A stretch of 64,000 bases of DNA from Chloroflexota bacterium (GTDB lineage Bacteria > Chloroflexota > Dehalococcoidia > CAUJGQ01). Location of the stretch: positions 1,758 to 65,757 of the forward strand of contig CAUJGQ010000026.1 in NCBI GenBank assembly GCA_963170165.1, in the 5' to 3' direction. The notes under the pieces were generated by a model. It searched no databases, was not told where the DNA came from, and was given only the letters and a program-made list of their open reading frames with translations. Shown here in pieces: positions 35,579 through 45,393 of this stretch (the first letter of the stretch is position 1; each line of letters opens with the position of its first letter). A program made the translations under genes and the position numbers.

Positions 35579-37243
35579 CTACGGCGCCGGCTTCACGATG
35601 ATGGTAATCCGGCTGCGCTGTTTGGGCAGCCAGTGGGCCCATCCCGCGAGCTTGATCTCCGGTTCGAGCGGCGTGTTCACCAGCTCGCGCACGGTCGCCT
35701 CAGCACCGGTGCGGCTCTTGCCACGCAGCTCGTCGCGCAGTTGGGCACGATCGACGTAAGGCGCAACCAGGTCCGTCACGCGCACCGCCACCGTTAGCCG
35801 GTCGAAGGTGGCATCGTGTTGACCAGGAAGATCAACCGTGGTCTTGAACGCACCCTCCATTAGCATGCGGTCCGGACCGATCTTCTTGCTGAATCGGTCC
35901 ACGTAGACCGTGCGCAAGTCGTCGTCCCGCACTGTCAGCGATGTCGCGCGGGCGGTGCAGGTGACCTCGACGTAGCGGGCAGCCTGGCCGATCGCCGGGA
36001 CCGGGGTGCAGTCAGTCACCTCGATGGTTGCACCGTCGGCAAACACCGTTTCACTCTGCGCGTAGCGGGCAACGAACTCCTTGCGCGCGGCATCCGCAAG
36101 GTAGGCCTCTGCCAGGCTGCGCAGGAACAGCACGTCGTTGTCGCTGACGACGGTCTGGCGGACTTCGGAGCCTCGCTCCCCAGGATTCGGGTTGGTGACG
36201 GCGACATCGTTATTCAGCGGGCCATCGATGCGCGTTGTGGTATTGCGCGGCACGTTGCCGGCCGTGCCCGGACGCTGTGCCAGCGCAATCGCCTCACCGG
36301 TGGCGCCGATGCGCGCCTGGAGGGCAACGTCGCTGGCCAGGGTGAACTGCATGCCCGTGGTGCCATGGATGATCGTCCCCTTTGGCACCGTGATGGCGCG
36401 GTTGGTGCGGTTGGAGAAGACCAGGCCAACGCCGGCGTGGTCCTGCGGCACCAGCGACGTACCGGTAGCCGGACCGGGGAACGTGCGCGTCACGATGAGA
36501 TCACGCCGGCGGGCCGGCACCACCCCGCGAGCAACGTTGACCTCAGTGGCCTTGGTATCGGCGATCAACTGAACCGTATCGCCGATAGTCTCCACCGGCA
36601 CCAGGACGGTGACGGTGGAGGACGGCACATACCAGAACAGTACGGCCAGTCCCAGCGCCACCGCCGCGACGAACACCGCTACCGCCAGCAACGCACCCAG
36701 CGTTGGCAGGCGCAACGTCATCCAGCCGAGATGCAGACCGCTGCCGCGCCGCTCGAAGTTCACGCGCTTGATGCTAGTAACGTTGGGTAGCCCTTCCTCG
36801 CGCGCACGCAACCGCAGCACACGCGATCGGGTGACGAGCATCAGATCGCGGCCGGACAAGTCGAGGTGACGTTGCAGGCGGCGCATTCCGAGCTGCGTTG
36901 CCAGATCACGGTTGCCGCGCGGCGCCATCAGCGCCACACGTGGTGAGTCAGCGGCGCTGATCTTGCCGAACACGCTGGCCAGGTCATCGGTGCGGCTGAT
37001 CACCACCGCGGCAAACGAGCGAGGGCTGTCTTCGCTGCTGCTGTCGCGGTCCCAGGCGCTACCACGGCGAAACCACCCGTGGCGCCGGCGTGTCCCTGCC
37101 GCTGGCTGGACTGCGTCAGGCTCAGCATCCGGCGGCGGATGGTGGCCGTTTACGGCCGTGCCCGCCACGTGCGTGCCGTTTAGCCCGGCGCTGCCGGCCG
37201 CGCCGTGTTGTTCCTCGGAAGAAGGGCGCTCATCCGTTGCCAC
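35579..37243 (-). CDS. Hypothetical single-pass membrane protein (554 aa) with large beta-rich extracytoplasmic domain
   Basis: Cytoplasmic N-terminus, one TM (LGALLAVAVFVAAVALGLAVLFWYV), long T/V/A-rich C-terminal domain; GTG start with AAGGGAG RBS, overlaps the alaS stop. Confidence 0.6.
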   Translation of the reverse strand: MATDERPSSEEQHGAAGSAGLNGTHVAGTAVNGHHPPPDAEPDAVQPAAGTRRRHGWFRRGSAWDRDSSSEDSPRSFAAVVISRTDDLASVFGKISAADSPRVALMAPRGNRDLATQLGMRRLQRHLDLSGRDLMLVTRSRVLRLRAREEGLPNVTSIKRVNFERRGSGLHLGWMTLRLPTLGALLAVAVFVAAVALGLAVLFWYVPSSTVTVLVPVETIGDTVQLIADTKATEVNVARGVVPARRRDLIVTRTFPGPATGTSLVPQDHAGVGLVFSNRTNRAITVPKGTIIHGTTGMQFTLASDVALQARIGATGEAIALAQRPGTAGNVPRNTTTRIDGPLNNDVAVTNPNPGERGSEVRQTVVSDNDVLFLRSLAEAYLADAARKEFVARYAQSETVFADGATIEVTDCTPVPAIGQAARYVEVTCTARATSLTVRDDDLRTVYVDRFSKKIGPDRMLMEGAFKTTVDLPGQHDATFDRLTVAVRVTDLVAPYVDRAQLRDELRGKSRTGAEATVRELVNTPLEPEIKLAGWAHWLPKQRSRITIIVKPAP

Positions 37244-39896
37244 CTGTGAGCTGCTCCCTTGCCAGACGCCGGCCCAGGTCCAGCGCCTCTACAAGCTTGG
37301 CGGGGTCAGTGCCGCCGCCCTGGGCCATATCGGGACGGCCGCCGCCGCCGCCGCCCGCGGCTTTGGTGATCGCGCCGATCAGCCTGCCTGCATGCACCCC
37401 CGGCCCCAGATCGCGGCTCATCGCCACAAACGACGGCTTGCCACCAATTACTGCCCCTAACACCACCAATGAGGCGCCCAGCGCACGGCGCAAGTCGTCA
37501 CCCATCTGCCGCAGTCCATCGACGTTTCCCGACTCGACCTCCGCCACCAGAAGCTTGACGTCTCCCACCGATTCCGCTTGGTCGGCCAGGTTACCGGCCT
37601 GCCGCTTGCCTGCCTCGCGCTGGGCAGCTTCCAGCTTGCGCCGCTCGCCGGCCAGTTCTTCCTGCAGCGCGCCGACTTTTGCCTCGACGTCTGCCGGCGC
37701 GACCCCTAGCCGCCGAGCCGCGCCATCGAGGTAGCGGATCTGCTCGGCAAGCCAGCGCTCAGCCTGCGCACCGGTCAGTGCTTCGATGCGGCGCAGGCCG
37801 GAGCCGATACTCCCCTCACTGGTGACGAACAACCCGCCGATCTCGCCCGTTTCGTGGACGTGGGTGCCACCGCACAACTCGGCGCTGAACGGCCGGTCTT
37901 CGCCCGCGGCGGCGATCTCCACCACGCGCACCTGATCCCCGTACTTCTCGCCGAAGATCGCTGTCACACCTTGAGAGCGCGCTTGATCTAGGGTCGTGAC
38001 CCGCGTCCTCACCTGGATATCAGCGCGGACACGTTCATTCACCGCTGCCCGCACCTCTGCGAGCTGATCCGGGGTGGGCGCTTCCGTGTGGTTGTAGTCA
38101 AAGCGCAACCGGTCCGGAGCAACCAACGAACCACGCTGATGCACGTGCTCACCCAGAACGCCTCGCAACGACGCATGGAGCAGGTGTGTGCCGGTGTGAT
38201 TGCGGGCCGCATCCAAGCGGCGCCCGGGATCAACCGCCGCCTGCACCTGATCATTGACAGCCACACGGCCCGCTGTCACCTTCCCAACGTGGTAGATCAC
38301 GCCAGAGGTGTCGCGGCGGGTATCGGTCACGAGCACGTGTCCCTGATCCGCGATGATCCGCCCGGCATCACCGATCTGGCCTCCGCCCTCGGGGTAGAAG
38401 GGGGTTTCGGCCAGGATTACCAACACGTCGCTACCTTCTTCCGCAGCGGTGATGAGCAGCGAGCCGTGGATCAGTCCGGTGACGTGCGTTGCCTGTACCG
38501 TACGCTCGTACCCAGTGAACTGATCACCATGGCCATGCAGCTGGGCAAAGGCGTCGGCCAATTCCTCACGCCGCATGGTGAACCGCCCGGCACCCGCCGC
38601 CCGCGCCCGATCACGCGCTGCCTCCGCCGCTTCGTCGTAGCCGGCGTCGTCAATCGACAGGCCATGGCGGGCCGCGACCTCCGCGGTCAACTCCTTCGGT
38701 ACGCCGTACGTCTCGTACAGCCGGTAGACCTCGGCGCCGGGAATAGCGTCTGCCTGGCCACGGAGTGCCTCCAGCAGTTCATCGAGCCGTGACAGGCCAC
38801 GCTCGAGCGTCTCACGGAACTGCGACTCCTCACGCGCAATCGTCCCCAGGATCAGCCGCTCGGCGCCATCGAGATAGGGATACTGAGCGCGGAATTGCTG
38901 GACCACCTCAGCGCCGATTTGCTCCATGAAGCCGGCCGGCATCCCCAATGTGCGCCCGTAGAACACCGCCCGCCGCAAGACGCGCCGCAGGACGTAGCCG
39001 CGCCCTTCCTTCGAGGGGAGCACGCCATCCGCCAGCAGAAACGTCACGGCTCGGGCGTGATCCACTACCACCCGCATTGCATGGTCGGCCTCGGCGTTAT
39101 CACCGTACCGGCGGTCAGCGAGCGCCCCGGCTGCGTCTAACAGGGCACGCAGGCCATCGGTCTCGTAGGTCGAACGTACGCCCTGCACCGCCATTGCCAC
39201 GCGCTCCAGACCAGCGCCAGTATCGATGTTCTTCTGGGGCAACTCCGTGAGCGAGCCGTCCTCATGCCGCATATAGGACATGAACACAAGATTCCAGATC
39301 TCCAGAAACCGGCCGCAGTCGTGCTTTGGCTCGCAGTCCGGGCCGCAGCCAAACTCCTCACCGAAGTCATAGTGCAGCTCCGAGCACGGGCCACAAGGAC
39401 CAACGTCGCCCGACTCCCAGAAGTTGCCGTCTTCTTTGGAGTAGCGGAGGATGCGCTCATCGGGGCGCCCCAGTTTCCGCCAGATGCCATACGCTTCATC
39501 GTCGTCGGTGTACACCGTGATCCACAGCCGCTCGGCCGGGATACCAAGCACCTCAGTACAGAACTCCCACGACCACGGGATCACCTCATCCTTGAAGTAA
39601 TCACCCACCGAGAAGTTGCCGAGCATCTCGAAAAACGTGTGATGCGTGCGGTCGCCCACGCTCTCGATGTCGGTCGTGCGGAAGCAGCGCTGCACCGTGG
39701 TCAGACGGGGATGGGGCGGTGTGGCCCGGCCCATGAAGAATGGTTTGAACGGCACCATGCCGGCGCTGGTGAACATCAATGTGGGATCATCGAGTGGAAC
39801 CAGCGGCGCGGACTCCAACGGCCGGTGGTCCTTCTCCTCGAAGAAGCGCGTGAACGCCGCGCGAATCTCGTCATTCGTGGTCGGTTTGGACGGCAT
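37230..39896 (-). CDS. alaS: Alanyl-tRNA synthetase
   Basis: Canonical start MPSKPTTNDEIRAAFTRFFEEKDH at 39896 (888 aa). The ORF-track extension to 40022 is non-homologous leader. Confidence 0.9.
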   Translation of the reverse strand: MPSKPTTNDEIRAAFTRFFEEKDHRPLESAPLVPLDDPTLMFTSAGMVPFKPFFMGRATPPHPRLTTVQRCFRTTDIESVGDRTHHTFFEMLGNFSVGDYFKDEVIPWSWEFCTEVLGIPAERLWITVYTDDDEAYGIWRKLGRPDERILRYSKEDGNFWESGDVGPCGPCSELHYDFGEEFGCGPDCEPKHDCGRFLEIWNLVFMSYMRHEDGSLTELPQKNIDTGAGLERVAMAVQGVRSTYETDGLRALLDAAGALADRRYGDNAEADHAMRVVVDHARAVTFLLADGVLPSKEGRGYVLRRVLRRAVFYGRTLGMPAGFMEQIGAEVVQQFRAQYPYLDGAERLILGTIAREESQFRETLERGLSRLDELLEALRGQADAIPGAEVYRLYETYGVPKELTAEVAARHGLSIDDAGYDEAAEAARDRARAAGAGRFTMRREELADAFAQLHGHGDQFTGYERTVQATHVTGLIHGSLLITAAEEGSDVLVILAETPFYPEGGGQIGDAGRIIADQGHVLVTDTRRDTSGVIYHVGKVTAGRVAVNDQVQAAVDPGRRLDAARNHTGTHLLHASLRGVLGEHVHQRGSLVAPDRLRFDYNHTEAPTPDQLAEVRAAVNERVRADIQVRTRVTTLDQARSQGVTAIFGEKYGDQVRVVEIAAAGEDRPFSAELCGGTHVHETGEIGGLFVTSEGSIGSGLRRIEALTGAQAERWLAEQIRYLDGAARRLGVAPADVEAKVGALQEELAGERRKLEAAQREAGKRQAGNLADQAESVGDVKLLVAEVESGNVDGLRQMGDDLRRALGASLVVLGAVIGGKPSFVAMSRDLGPGVHAGRLIGAITKAAGGGGGGRPDMAQGGGTDPAKLVEALDLGRRLAREQLTGGNG

Positions 39897-40430
39897 AGTG
39901 CAGCGAGCCCTATCGCAGGTAAGTAGCCGAAGTATACCATGGCCACCTGCCCCCTCCCCGGTGGATGTGACGCGGCTCCGGCCGTACAGCCGGGCATGGG
40001 TACGACCGCGTACCATTGCCACCTTGACAGCGCGGACTCGAACGAATATGCTGATCTGGCCGCACGCCGGTTCAGAACGTAGGTTGAGCGCGAGCGGCAG
40101 GGTTTACGGCAGGTTGCACGCAACAGCTTCGGAACCTCCTAGTTCGGGCGGACTGAGCACCGCCATTCGAACACCTCAAACCGACGGGCCGCGGCGCACC
40201 AGCGGGCGAGCCTCTGGCTGTCCCCAACCGCTTGCCATCATCCACGGCCCCAACACGACCGCCCTTCCCAACATCCGCGGCTCGCGCCGGATTAGCCCTC
40301 TGCACCGTCAGTGCGCAGCGAGGCCCCGCGCCGCGACGCGACTCAGGCCCGCCGGTGCAGACCGGCAGCGGCGCGCCTTCGCCGCCCGGATCTGCCCGGT
40401 CGCCGGCGCGTCGAACCCCAAGGACCGCAG
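39897..40430 (-). promoter_or_regulatory. Long (about 530 nt) GC-rich 5' leader of alaS, candidate cis-regulatory RNA (T-box-like / autoregulatory)
   Basis: No credible ORF; a GGTGG..GGTACGCGG segment loosely resembling the T-box antiterminator sequence sits just 5' of the start region; divergent promoter for the CorC-family gene. Confidence 0.25.
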
Positions 40431-41696
40431 GTGGTGGTTGCTGACACCCTCATAAGCCTGGCCGTGCTTATCGCGGCGGCAGCACTGCTGCTGGTGGTTA
40501 GCTCGGCCGAATCGATTGTGATCTACCTTAACCGCAGCCGTACGCGGGCGCTGGCCGGGCATGGCAGCGCGCGTGCCGAGACGCTCACCCGCTACCTCCA
40601 ACAGCGCGGCCGGCTGCTTTCCACGCTGCGCTTCGGCAGAAATCTCGCCCTGATAGCCGGCGCCGCGGCGGGTGTGCACCTGGTGATCGTGCGCGAGGGT
40701 ACTGGTTGGGTGCCGCTGGCGATGGTCGCCGCCGCGGTCGTACTTGTGGCTGGCCTGATTGAGGGGATTCCCAGTGTCGTCGCCGCCCGCAACCCGGAGC
40801 ACTGGGGACTGGTGCTCTCGCCCATCATCCGCCTGCTCGCACTGGCATTCTGGCTACCTGGACGGGTGCTGGATCTGCCCGGCGCAGCGCTGGCCCGGCT
40901 CACCCCTCCCGCCCACACCGGCGACGACGAGGAGGATCTGCTCAGGCTGGTTGAAATGCAGGGGCAGGCCGGCGGCATCCAGCAAGACGAGCGCCAGATG
41001 ATTCGCGGGGTGATCAAGCTGGTAGACAAGACGGCGCGCGAACTGATGGTCCCCCGCGTCGATATTATCGCAGTGGAATGCCAGCAAGGTATGGAGGACG
41101 TGCAGCGGATTGTGGTGGAGCGGGGTTACAGCCGCATTCCGCTGTTCGAGGACACCATCGATAAGATCATCGGCGTGATCTACGCCAAGGATGTGTTACG
41201 TCATCTGGCCGATGGCACCCGGCCTGCGTCACTCAGCGCGCTCAGCCGCCCGCCGTACTTCATTCCCGAAACCAAAAGAGTCCACGAGTTGTTGAAGGAA
41301 CTCCAGGAGAACAAGATCCACATTGCGGTCGTGGTGGATGAATATGGTGGCACCGCCGGTGTCGTCACAACAGAAGACATCATTGAGGAGATCGTTGGCG
41401 AGATCATCGATGAGTACGATGCGGAGGATAAGGCGGTAGAGCAGGTCAGCGAGGACGAAGCCATCGTCGACGCGCGCTACGGCATTGATGCCCTCAACGA
41501 CCTGTTCCACCTTGAGCTGTCCAACGAGGACTACGATACCGTGGGCGGCATCGTGTATTCGGAACTGGGGAAGGTGCCGGCAGAAGGCGATGAGGTACAA
41601 ATTGACGGCATCCGGCTCCACGTCTTGAGTGTGGCCGGCCGGCGCATCAAGAAGATCCAGATTACCCGGATGGCTGCTGAGCCCGTGGAGACGTAG
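40431..41696 (+). CDS. CorC/HlyC-family transporter-associated protein (DUF21-CBS pair-CorC_HlyC)
   Basis: GTG 40431 after AAGGA RBS; 4 N-terminal TM helices (DUF21), CBS pair (IIGVIYAKDVL), C-terminal CorC_HlyC. Confidence 0.85.
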   Translation: MVVADTLISLAVLIAAAALLLVVSSAESIVIYLNRSRTRALAGHGSARAETLTRYLQQRGRLLSTLRFGRNLALIAGAAAGVHLVIVREGTGWVPLAMVAAAVVLVAGLIEGIPSVVAARNPEHWGLVLSPIIRLLALAFWLPGRVLDLPGAALARLTPPAHTGDDEEDLLRLVEMQGQAGGIQQDERQMIRGVIKLVDKTARELMVPRVDIIAVECQQGMEDVQRIVVERGYSRIPLFEDTIDKIIGVIYAKDVLRHLADGTRPASLSALSRPPYFIPETKRVHELLKELQENKIHIAVVVDEYGGTAGVVTTEDIIEEIVGEIIDEYDAEDKAVEQVSEDEAIVDARYGIDALNDLFHLELSNEDYDTVGGIVYSELGKVPAEGDEVQIDGIRLHVLSVAGRRIKKIQITRMAAEPVET

Positions 41697-41738
41697 GACG
41701 GCTGGCCCCACCGCGACGGCGGCGCTACGCTATCGGCC

Positions 41739-42824
41739 ATGTCTGACCTTGCATATTGGGTGGCCTTCAGCCGTGTCCCGCACGTGGGACGCGCCAGATT
41801 TGAGCAGCTTGAGTCATGGTTTGGCTCCCTGGACCGCGCCTGGCATGGTTCTGCCTCAGACCTGCGTGACGCAGGTATCGACGCGCGGGCCATTGCCGCT
41901 ATCCTTGACAGCCGCCCGCGCATTGACCCGCAGCATGAGCTGGATCGCCTGGCTCAGTGCGGCATCACCGCCCTTACCTGGCATGATGATCGGTATCCAG
42001 AGCGGCTCAAGCAGACGTACGATAGGCCACCGGTGCTCTACCTGCGCGGTGAGCTATCGGCCGCAGATGCCTGGTCGGTCGCGATCGTAGGTACGCGCCG
42101 GGCCAGCAGCTACGGTAAGCAGGCGACGGAGCATCTCGTCGAGGGCCTGGTCGCTGCCGGGGTGACCATCGTCAGCGGGCTGGCGCGCGGTATCGACACC
42201 ATTGCCCACTCGTCAGCCTTGCGGGCAGGCGGGCGAACCATCGGCGTGCTGCCCTGCCCTGTGGACCAGGTGTACCCCGTCCAGAATGCGCGCTTGGCCG
42301 AACAGATGATCACACACGGAGCGCTGGTGAGCGACTATCCACTTGATGCGCGAATGGCCAAGGAACACTTCTGGCGGCGCAACCGCATTGTGGCCGGGAT
42401 GACATTGGGCACCGTGGTGGTTGAAGCGGGAGAGGAGAGCGGCGCCCTGATCACCGCCCGCCAGGCGCTGGATGAGAACCGCGAGGTATTCGCGGTGCCC
42501 GGAAGCGTCTTTGCCCCCTTTAGCCGGGGAACCAACACCCTCATCGCCCGTAGCGGCGCCAAGCTGGTGACCTCTGTGGAGGATATTCTCACCGAGCTTA
42601 ATTTGCGGGTGACACCGCAACAACTGGAGTTCCGCGCGGCAGTCACTACCTCCGAAACGGAGAACGCGCTGCTCTCACGGCTGATCAGCGAGCCAAAACA
42701 CATCGATGAACTATCGCGAGAGGCCGGGATGGCAGTTGCAGTGGCGTCGGGAGCGCTTGCTATGCTGGAACTCAAGGGGCTTGTCCGCCAGGTAGCGGCC
42801 ATGACCTATGTCCGGGCCCGCTGA
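41739..42824 (+). CDS. dprA: DNA processing protein DprA (Smf)
   Basis: Rossmann-like core GLARGIDTIAHSSAL ... FAVPGSV. Confidence 0.85.
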   Translation: MSDLAYWVAFSRVPHVGRARFEQLESWFGSLDRAWHGSASDLRDAGIDARAIAAILDSRPRIDPQHELDRLAQCGITALTWHDDRYPERLKQTYDRPPVLYLRGELSAADAWSVAIVGTRRASSYGKQATEHLVEGLVAAGVTIVSGLARGIDTIAHSSALRAGGRTIGVLPCPVDQVYPVQNARLAEQMITHGALVSDYPLDARMAKEHFWRRNRIVAGMTLGTVVVEAGEESGALITARQALDENREVFAVPGSVFAPFSRGTNTLIARSGAKLVTSVEDILTELNLRVTPQQLEFRAAVTTSETENALLSRLISEPKHIDELSREAGMAVAVASGALAMLELKGLVRQVAAMTYVRAR

Positions 42825-42859
42825 GGACACCTATCACAGAGCGCGCGAGGCGCCGACCC

Positions 42860-45328
42860 ATGGCTGAGAAGAAGAACGCACCCACAACATCCGCGCCACG
42901 CGCCCGCGCCACCGGCACCCGCACGCCAGCGCGCGGCACGGCGCCGAAGCCTGCCGCCCGCGGCCGCACCAGTGCCACCGGAAAGACCAAGGCGGCAGGC
43001 ATAAACGGAGCACGGCCGGCGGCGCGCACCGGCGCGGCGAAGGCTGCTGCCTCCACCGGCCGGCCAACGTCCACCAGGGGCAGGAACCTGGTGATCGTCG
43101 AATCCCCGACCAAGGCGCGGACGCTCTCTGGTTTCTTGGGCCGGGACTACGACGTGCGAGCATCGGTCGGTCACGTGCGCGACCTGCCGAAGTCGAAACT
43201 GGGCGTCGATGTGGAGCACGACTTCTCGCCACAGTATGTCGTGCCCAAAGAGAAGTCCGACATCATCAAGCAGCTGAAGACTGCGGCCAAAGGCGCCAAG
43301 GTCGTCTACCTCGCCACCGACCCTGATCGAGAGGGCGAGGCCATCTCCTGGCACCTGATCGAGGCCATGGGGCTGCGTGGACAACCGCTGCGTCGGGTCG
43401 AGTTCCACGAGATCACGCGCGACGCCATCCGCGAGGCGTTCGACCATCCGCGTGATCTGAACTACCAACTGGTAGATGCACAGCAGGCCCGGCGCGTGCT
43501 CGACCGGCTGGTCGGCTACAAGATCTCGCCGCTGCTATGGCGCAAGGTACGGCGTGGTCTATCTGCCGGGCGTGTCCAGTCGGTTGCGCTGCGGATGGTG
43601 GTCGAGCGCGAGCGCGAGATCCAGGCCTTCCAGGCACGCGAATACTGGACCATCGATGCCGGCCTGCTCAAGGACGTGGCCCCCGATCAGCCGTTCCGCG
43701 CCCGCCTCCATGGGTATGCCGGGGATCGGAAACGCGAACTGGAGATCGCCTCTGCCGATGCCGCCGAGGCCGTGCGCGCCCAGCTGGAGACGGCCCGCTA
43801 CCAGGTGAACGACGTCCGCCAGCGCTCACAGAACCGGCGGACGTCCCCGCCGTTCACCACCAGCACGCTGCAGCAGGAGGCCTCGCGCAGGCTCGGCTTT
43901 GCCGCCAAGCGTACGATGGCGGTGGCTCAACAGCTTTACGAGGGCCGCGATATTGGCGCCGAGGGATCGGTTGGCCTGATCACCTACATGCGCACCGACT
44001 CCACCAATGTGGCAGCTCCGGCCGTGCAGGCGGCCAGGGCACTGGTCGCGCGCCGCTTTGGGCATGAATTCGTTCCGGAGCAGCCACGGGTCTACAGCAA
44101 GAAGGCGAAGGGCGCACAGGAGGCGCATGAGGCGATCCGGCCAACCGATGTCGAACGCGCGCCCGAGGCGCTGCGCCGCTACCTGACACCGGATCAGCTC
44201 AAGCTGTACACCCTCATCTGGCAACGGATGGTGGCCAGCCAGATGGCAGACGCGGTGATTGACACGACGTCGGTTGATATCACGGCCCAGCCGCTATCCG
44301 CACCCGACACCTATCTGTTCCGTGCGACTGCCAGCCACATCCGGATTCCCGGTTTCCGCGCCGTCTACTTTGAATCGCGTGATGATGGGCTCGATGAGGA
44401 TGCGGACACCCGTGCGCTCCCCGAGCTGGCCGCGGGCGACCCGCTGACGTTGATCGACCTTACGCCCGAGCAGCACTTCACCGAGCCGCCGCCGCGCTAC
44501 ACCGAAGCCAGCCTGGTGAAGGCGCTGGAGGAAAATGGCATCGGCCGGCCGAGTACCTACGCGCCGACCATCTCCACACTGCAGGATCGCGAGTATGTCG
44601 AGCGGGTAGGGAGGCAACTTCGCCCGCTCGAGCTGGGCTTTCTGGTGACAGACATCCTCACCGAGCACTTCGCCGATTTCGTCGACATCGGCTTCACTGC
44701 CGGAATGGAAGAGGAGCTGGACGAGATCGCCTCAGGTGAGCGGGAATGGCGGCCGGTGGTACAGCAGTACTACGGCCCGCTGGCGGAAGCGGTGGCCAAA
44801 GCCGGCGATGCCCCTGCACAGGTCCAGATGACCGATGAGATCTGCCATGAGTGCGGTGCACAGATGGTGGAGCGCTGGGGGCGGTTCGGCAAATTCCTCG
44901 CTTGCTCCCGCTATCCAGAGTGCAAAGGGTCCCGGCCGCTGGGCGAAGCGGAACCGGAGATTGTGACCGACGAGCTGTGCCCCGAGTGCAGCGCACCGAT
45001 GCGTATCCGCCAGGGTCGGTTCGGCCGGTTCCTGGCCTGCACACGCTATCCGGAGTGCAAGGGATCGAAGCCACTGCTCAACAAGATCGGTGTCAACTGC
45101 CCAGAGTGTGGCGGTGCCCTGGTCGAACGCAAGATGCGTGGCAGGGGCCGGCGCGTCTTCTATGGCTGCGCCAACTTCCCTACCTGCGCGTTCACCACCT
45201 GGGTCCGCCCCCTGCCCGATCCGTGCCCGTCCTGTGGCTTCCTCACCGTCGCCGATGGCCCAACGGCGGCCAAGTGTGTGCGCTGCTCCTGGAGCGAGCA
45301 GCGTGACGCCGTCAGCGTTCCCGCCTGA
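42860..45328 (+). CDS. topA: DNA topoisomerase I with basic N-terminal tail and C-terminal zinc ribbons
   Basis: Toprim NLVIVESPTKARTL; catalytic-Tyr region GLITYMRTDS; four C-terminal CxxC...CxxC zinc ribbons; about 75-aa K/A/R/T-rich N-terminal extension. Confidence 0.9.
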   Translation: MAEKKNAPTTSAPRARATGTRTPARGTAPKPAARGRTSATGKTKAAGINGARPAARTGAAKAAASTGRPTSTRGRNLVIVESPTKARTLSGFLGRDYDVRASVGHVRDLPKSKLGVDVEHDFSPQYVVPKEKSDIIKQLKTAAKGAKVVYLATDPDREGEAISWHLIEAMGLRGQPLRRVEFHEITRDAIREAFDHPRDLNYQLVDAQQARRVLDRLVGYKISPLLWRKVRRGLSAGRVQSVALRMVVEREREIQAFQAREYWTIDAGLLKDVAPDQPFRARLHGYAGDRKRELEIASADAAEAVRAQLETARYQVNDVRQRSQNRRTSPPFTTSTLQQEASRRLGFAAKRTMAVAQQLYEGRDIGAEGSVGLITYMRTDSTNVAAPAVQAARALVARRFGHEFVPEQPRVYSKKAKGAQEAHEAIRPTDVERAPEALRRYLTPDQLKLYTLIWQRMVASQMADAVIDTTSVDITAQPLSAPDTYLFRATASHIRIPGFRAVYFESRDDGLDEDADTRALPELAAGDPLTLIDLTPEQHFTEPPPRYTEASLVKALEENGIGRPSTYAPTISTLQDREYVERVGRQLRPLELGFLVTDILTEHFADFVDIGFTAGMEEELDEIASGEREWRPVVQQYYGPLAEAVAKAGDAPAQVQMTDEICHECGAQMVERWGRFGKFLACSRYPECKGSRPLGEAEPEIVTDELCPECSAPMRIRQGRFGRFLACTRYPECKGSKPLLNKIGVNCPECGGALVERKMRGRGRRVFYGCANFPTCAFTTWVRPLPDPCPSCGFLTVADGPTAAKCVRCSWSEQRDAVSVPA

Positions 45329-45393
45329 CCCGCCGCCCGCTGGGGTGACGCAACCCGCTGGCGCCATGCGCCGCCCGTGGCGTACTTCTGGCA

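Noticed and set aside
39897-40022. N-terminal 42-aa extension of alaS in the ORF track (MAMVRGRTHARLYG...)
   Set aside because: Canonical AlaRS N-terminus (MPSKPTTNDEIRAAF) starts at 39896; the upstream residues are non-homologous and lie in the leader.
40031-40044. tRNA-like T-loop sequence GTTCGAGTCC (minus strand) in the alaS leader
   Set aside because: Flanking sequence cannot form a T-stem, acceptor stem or anticodon arm; no other tRNA-like structure in the window.
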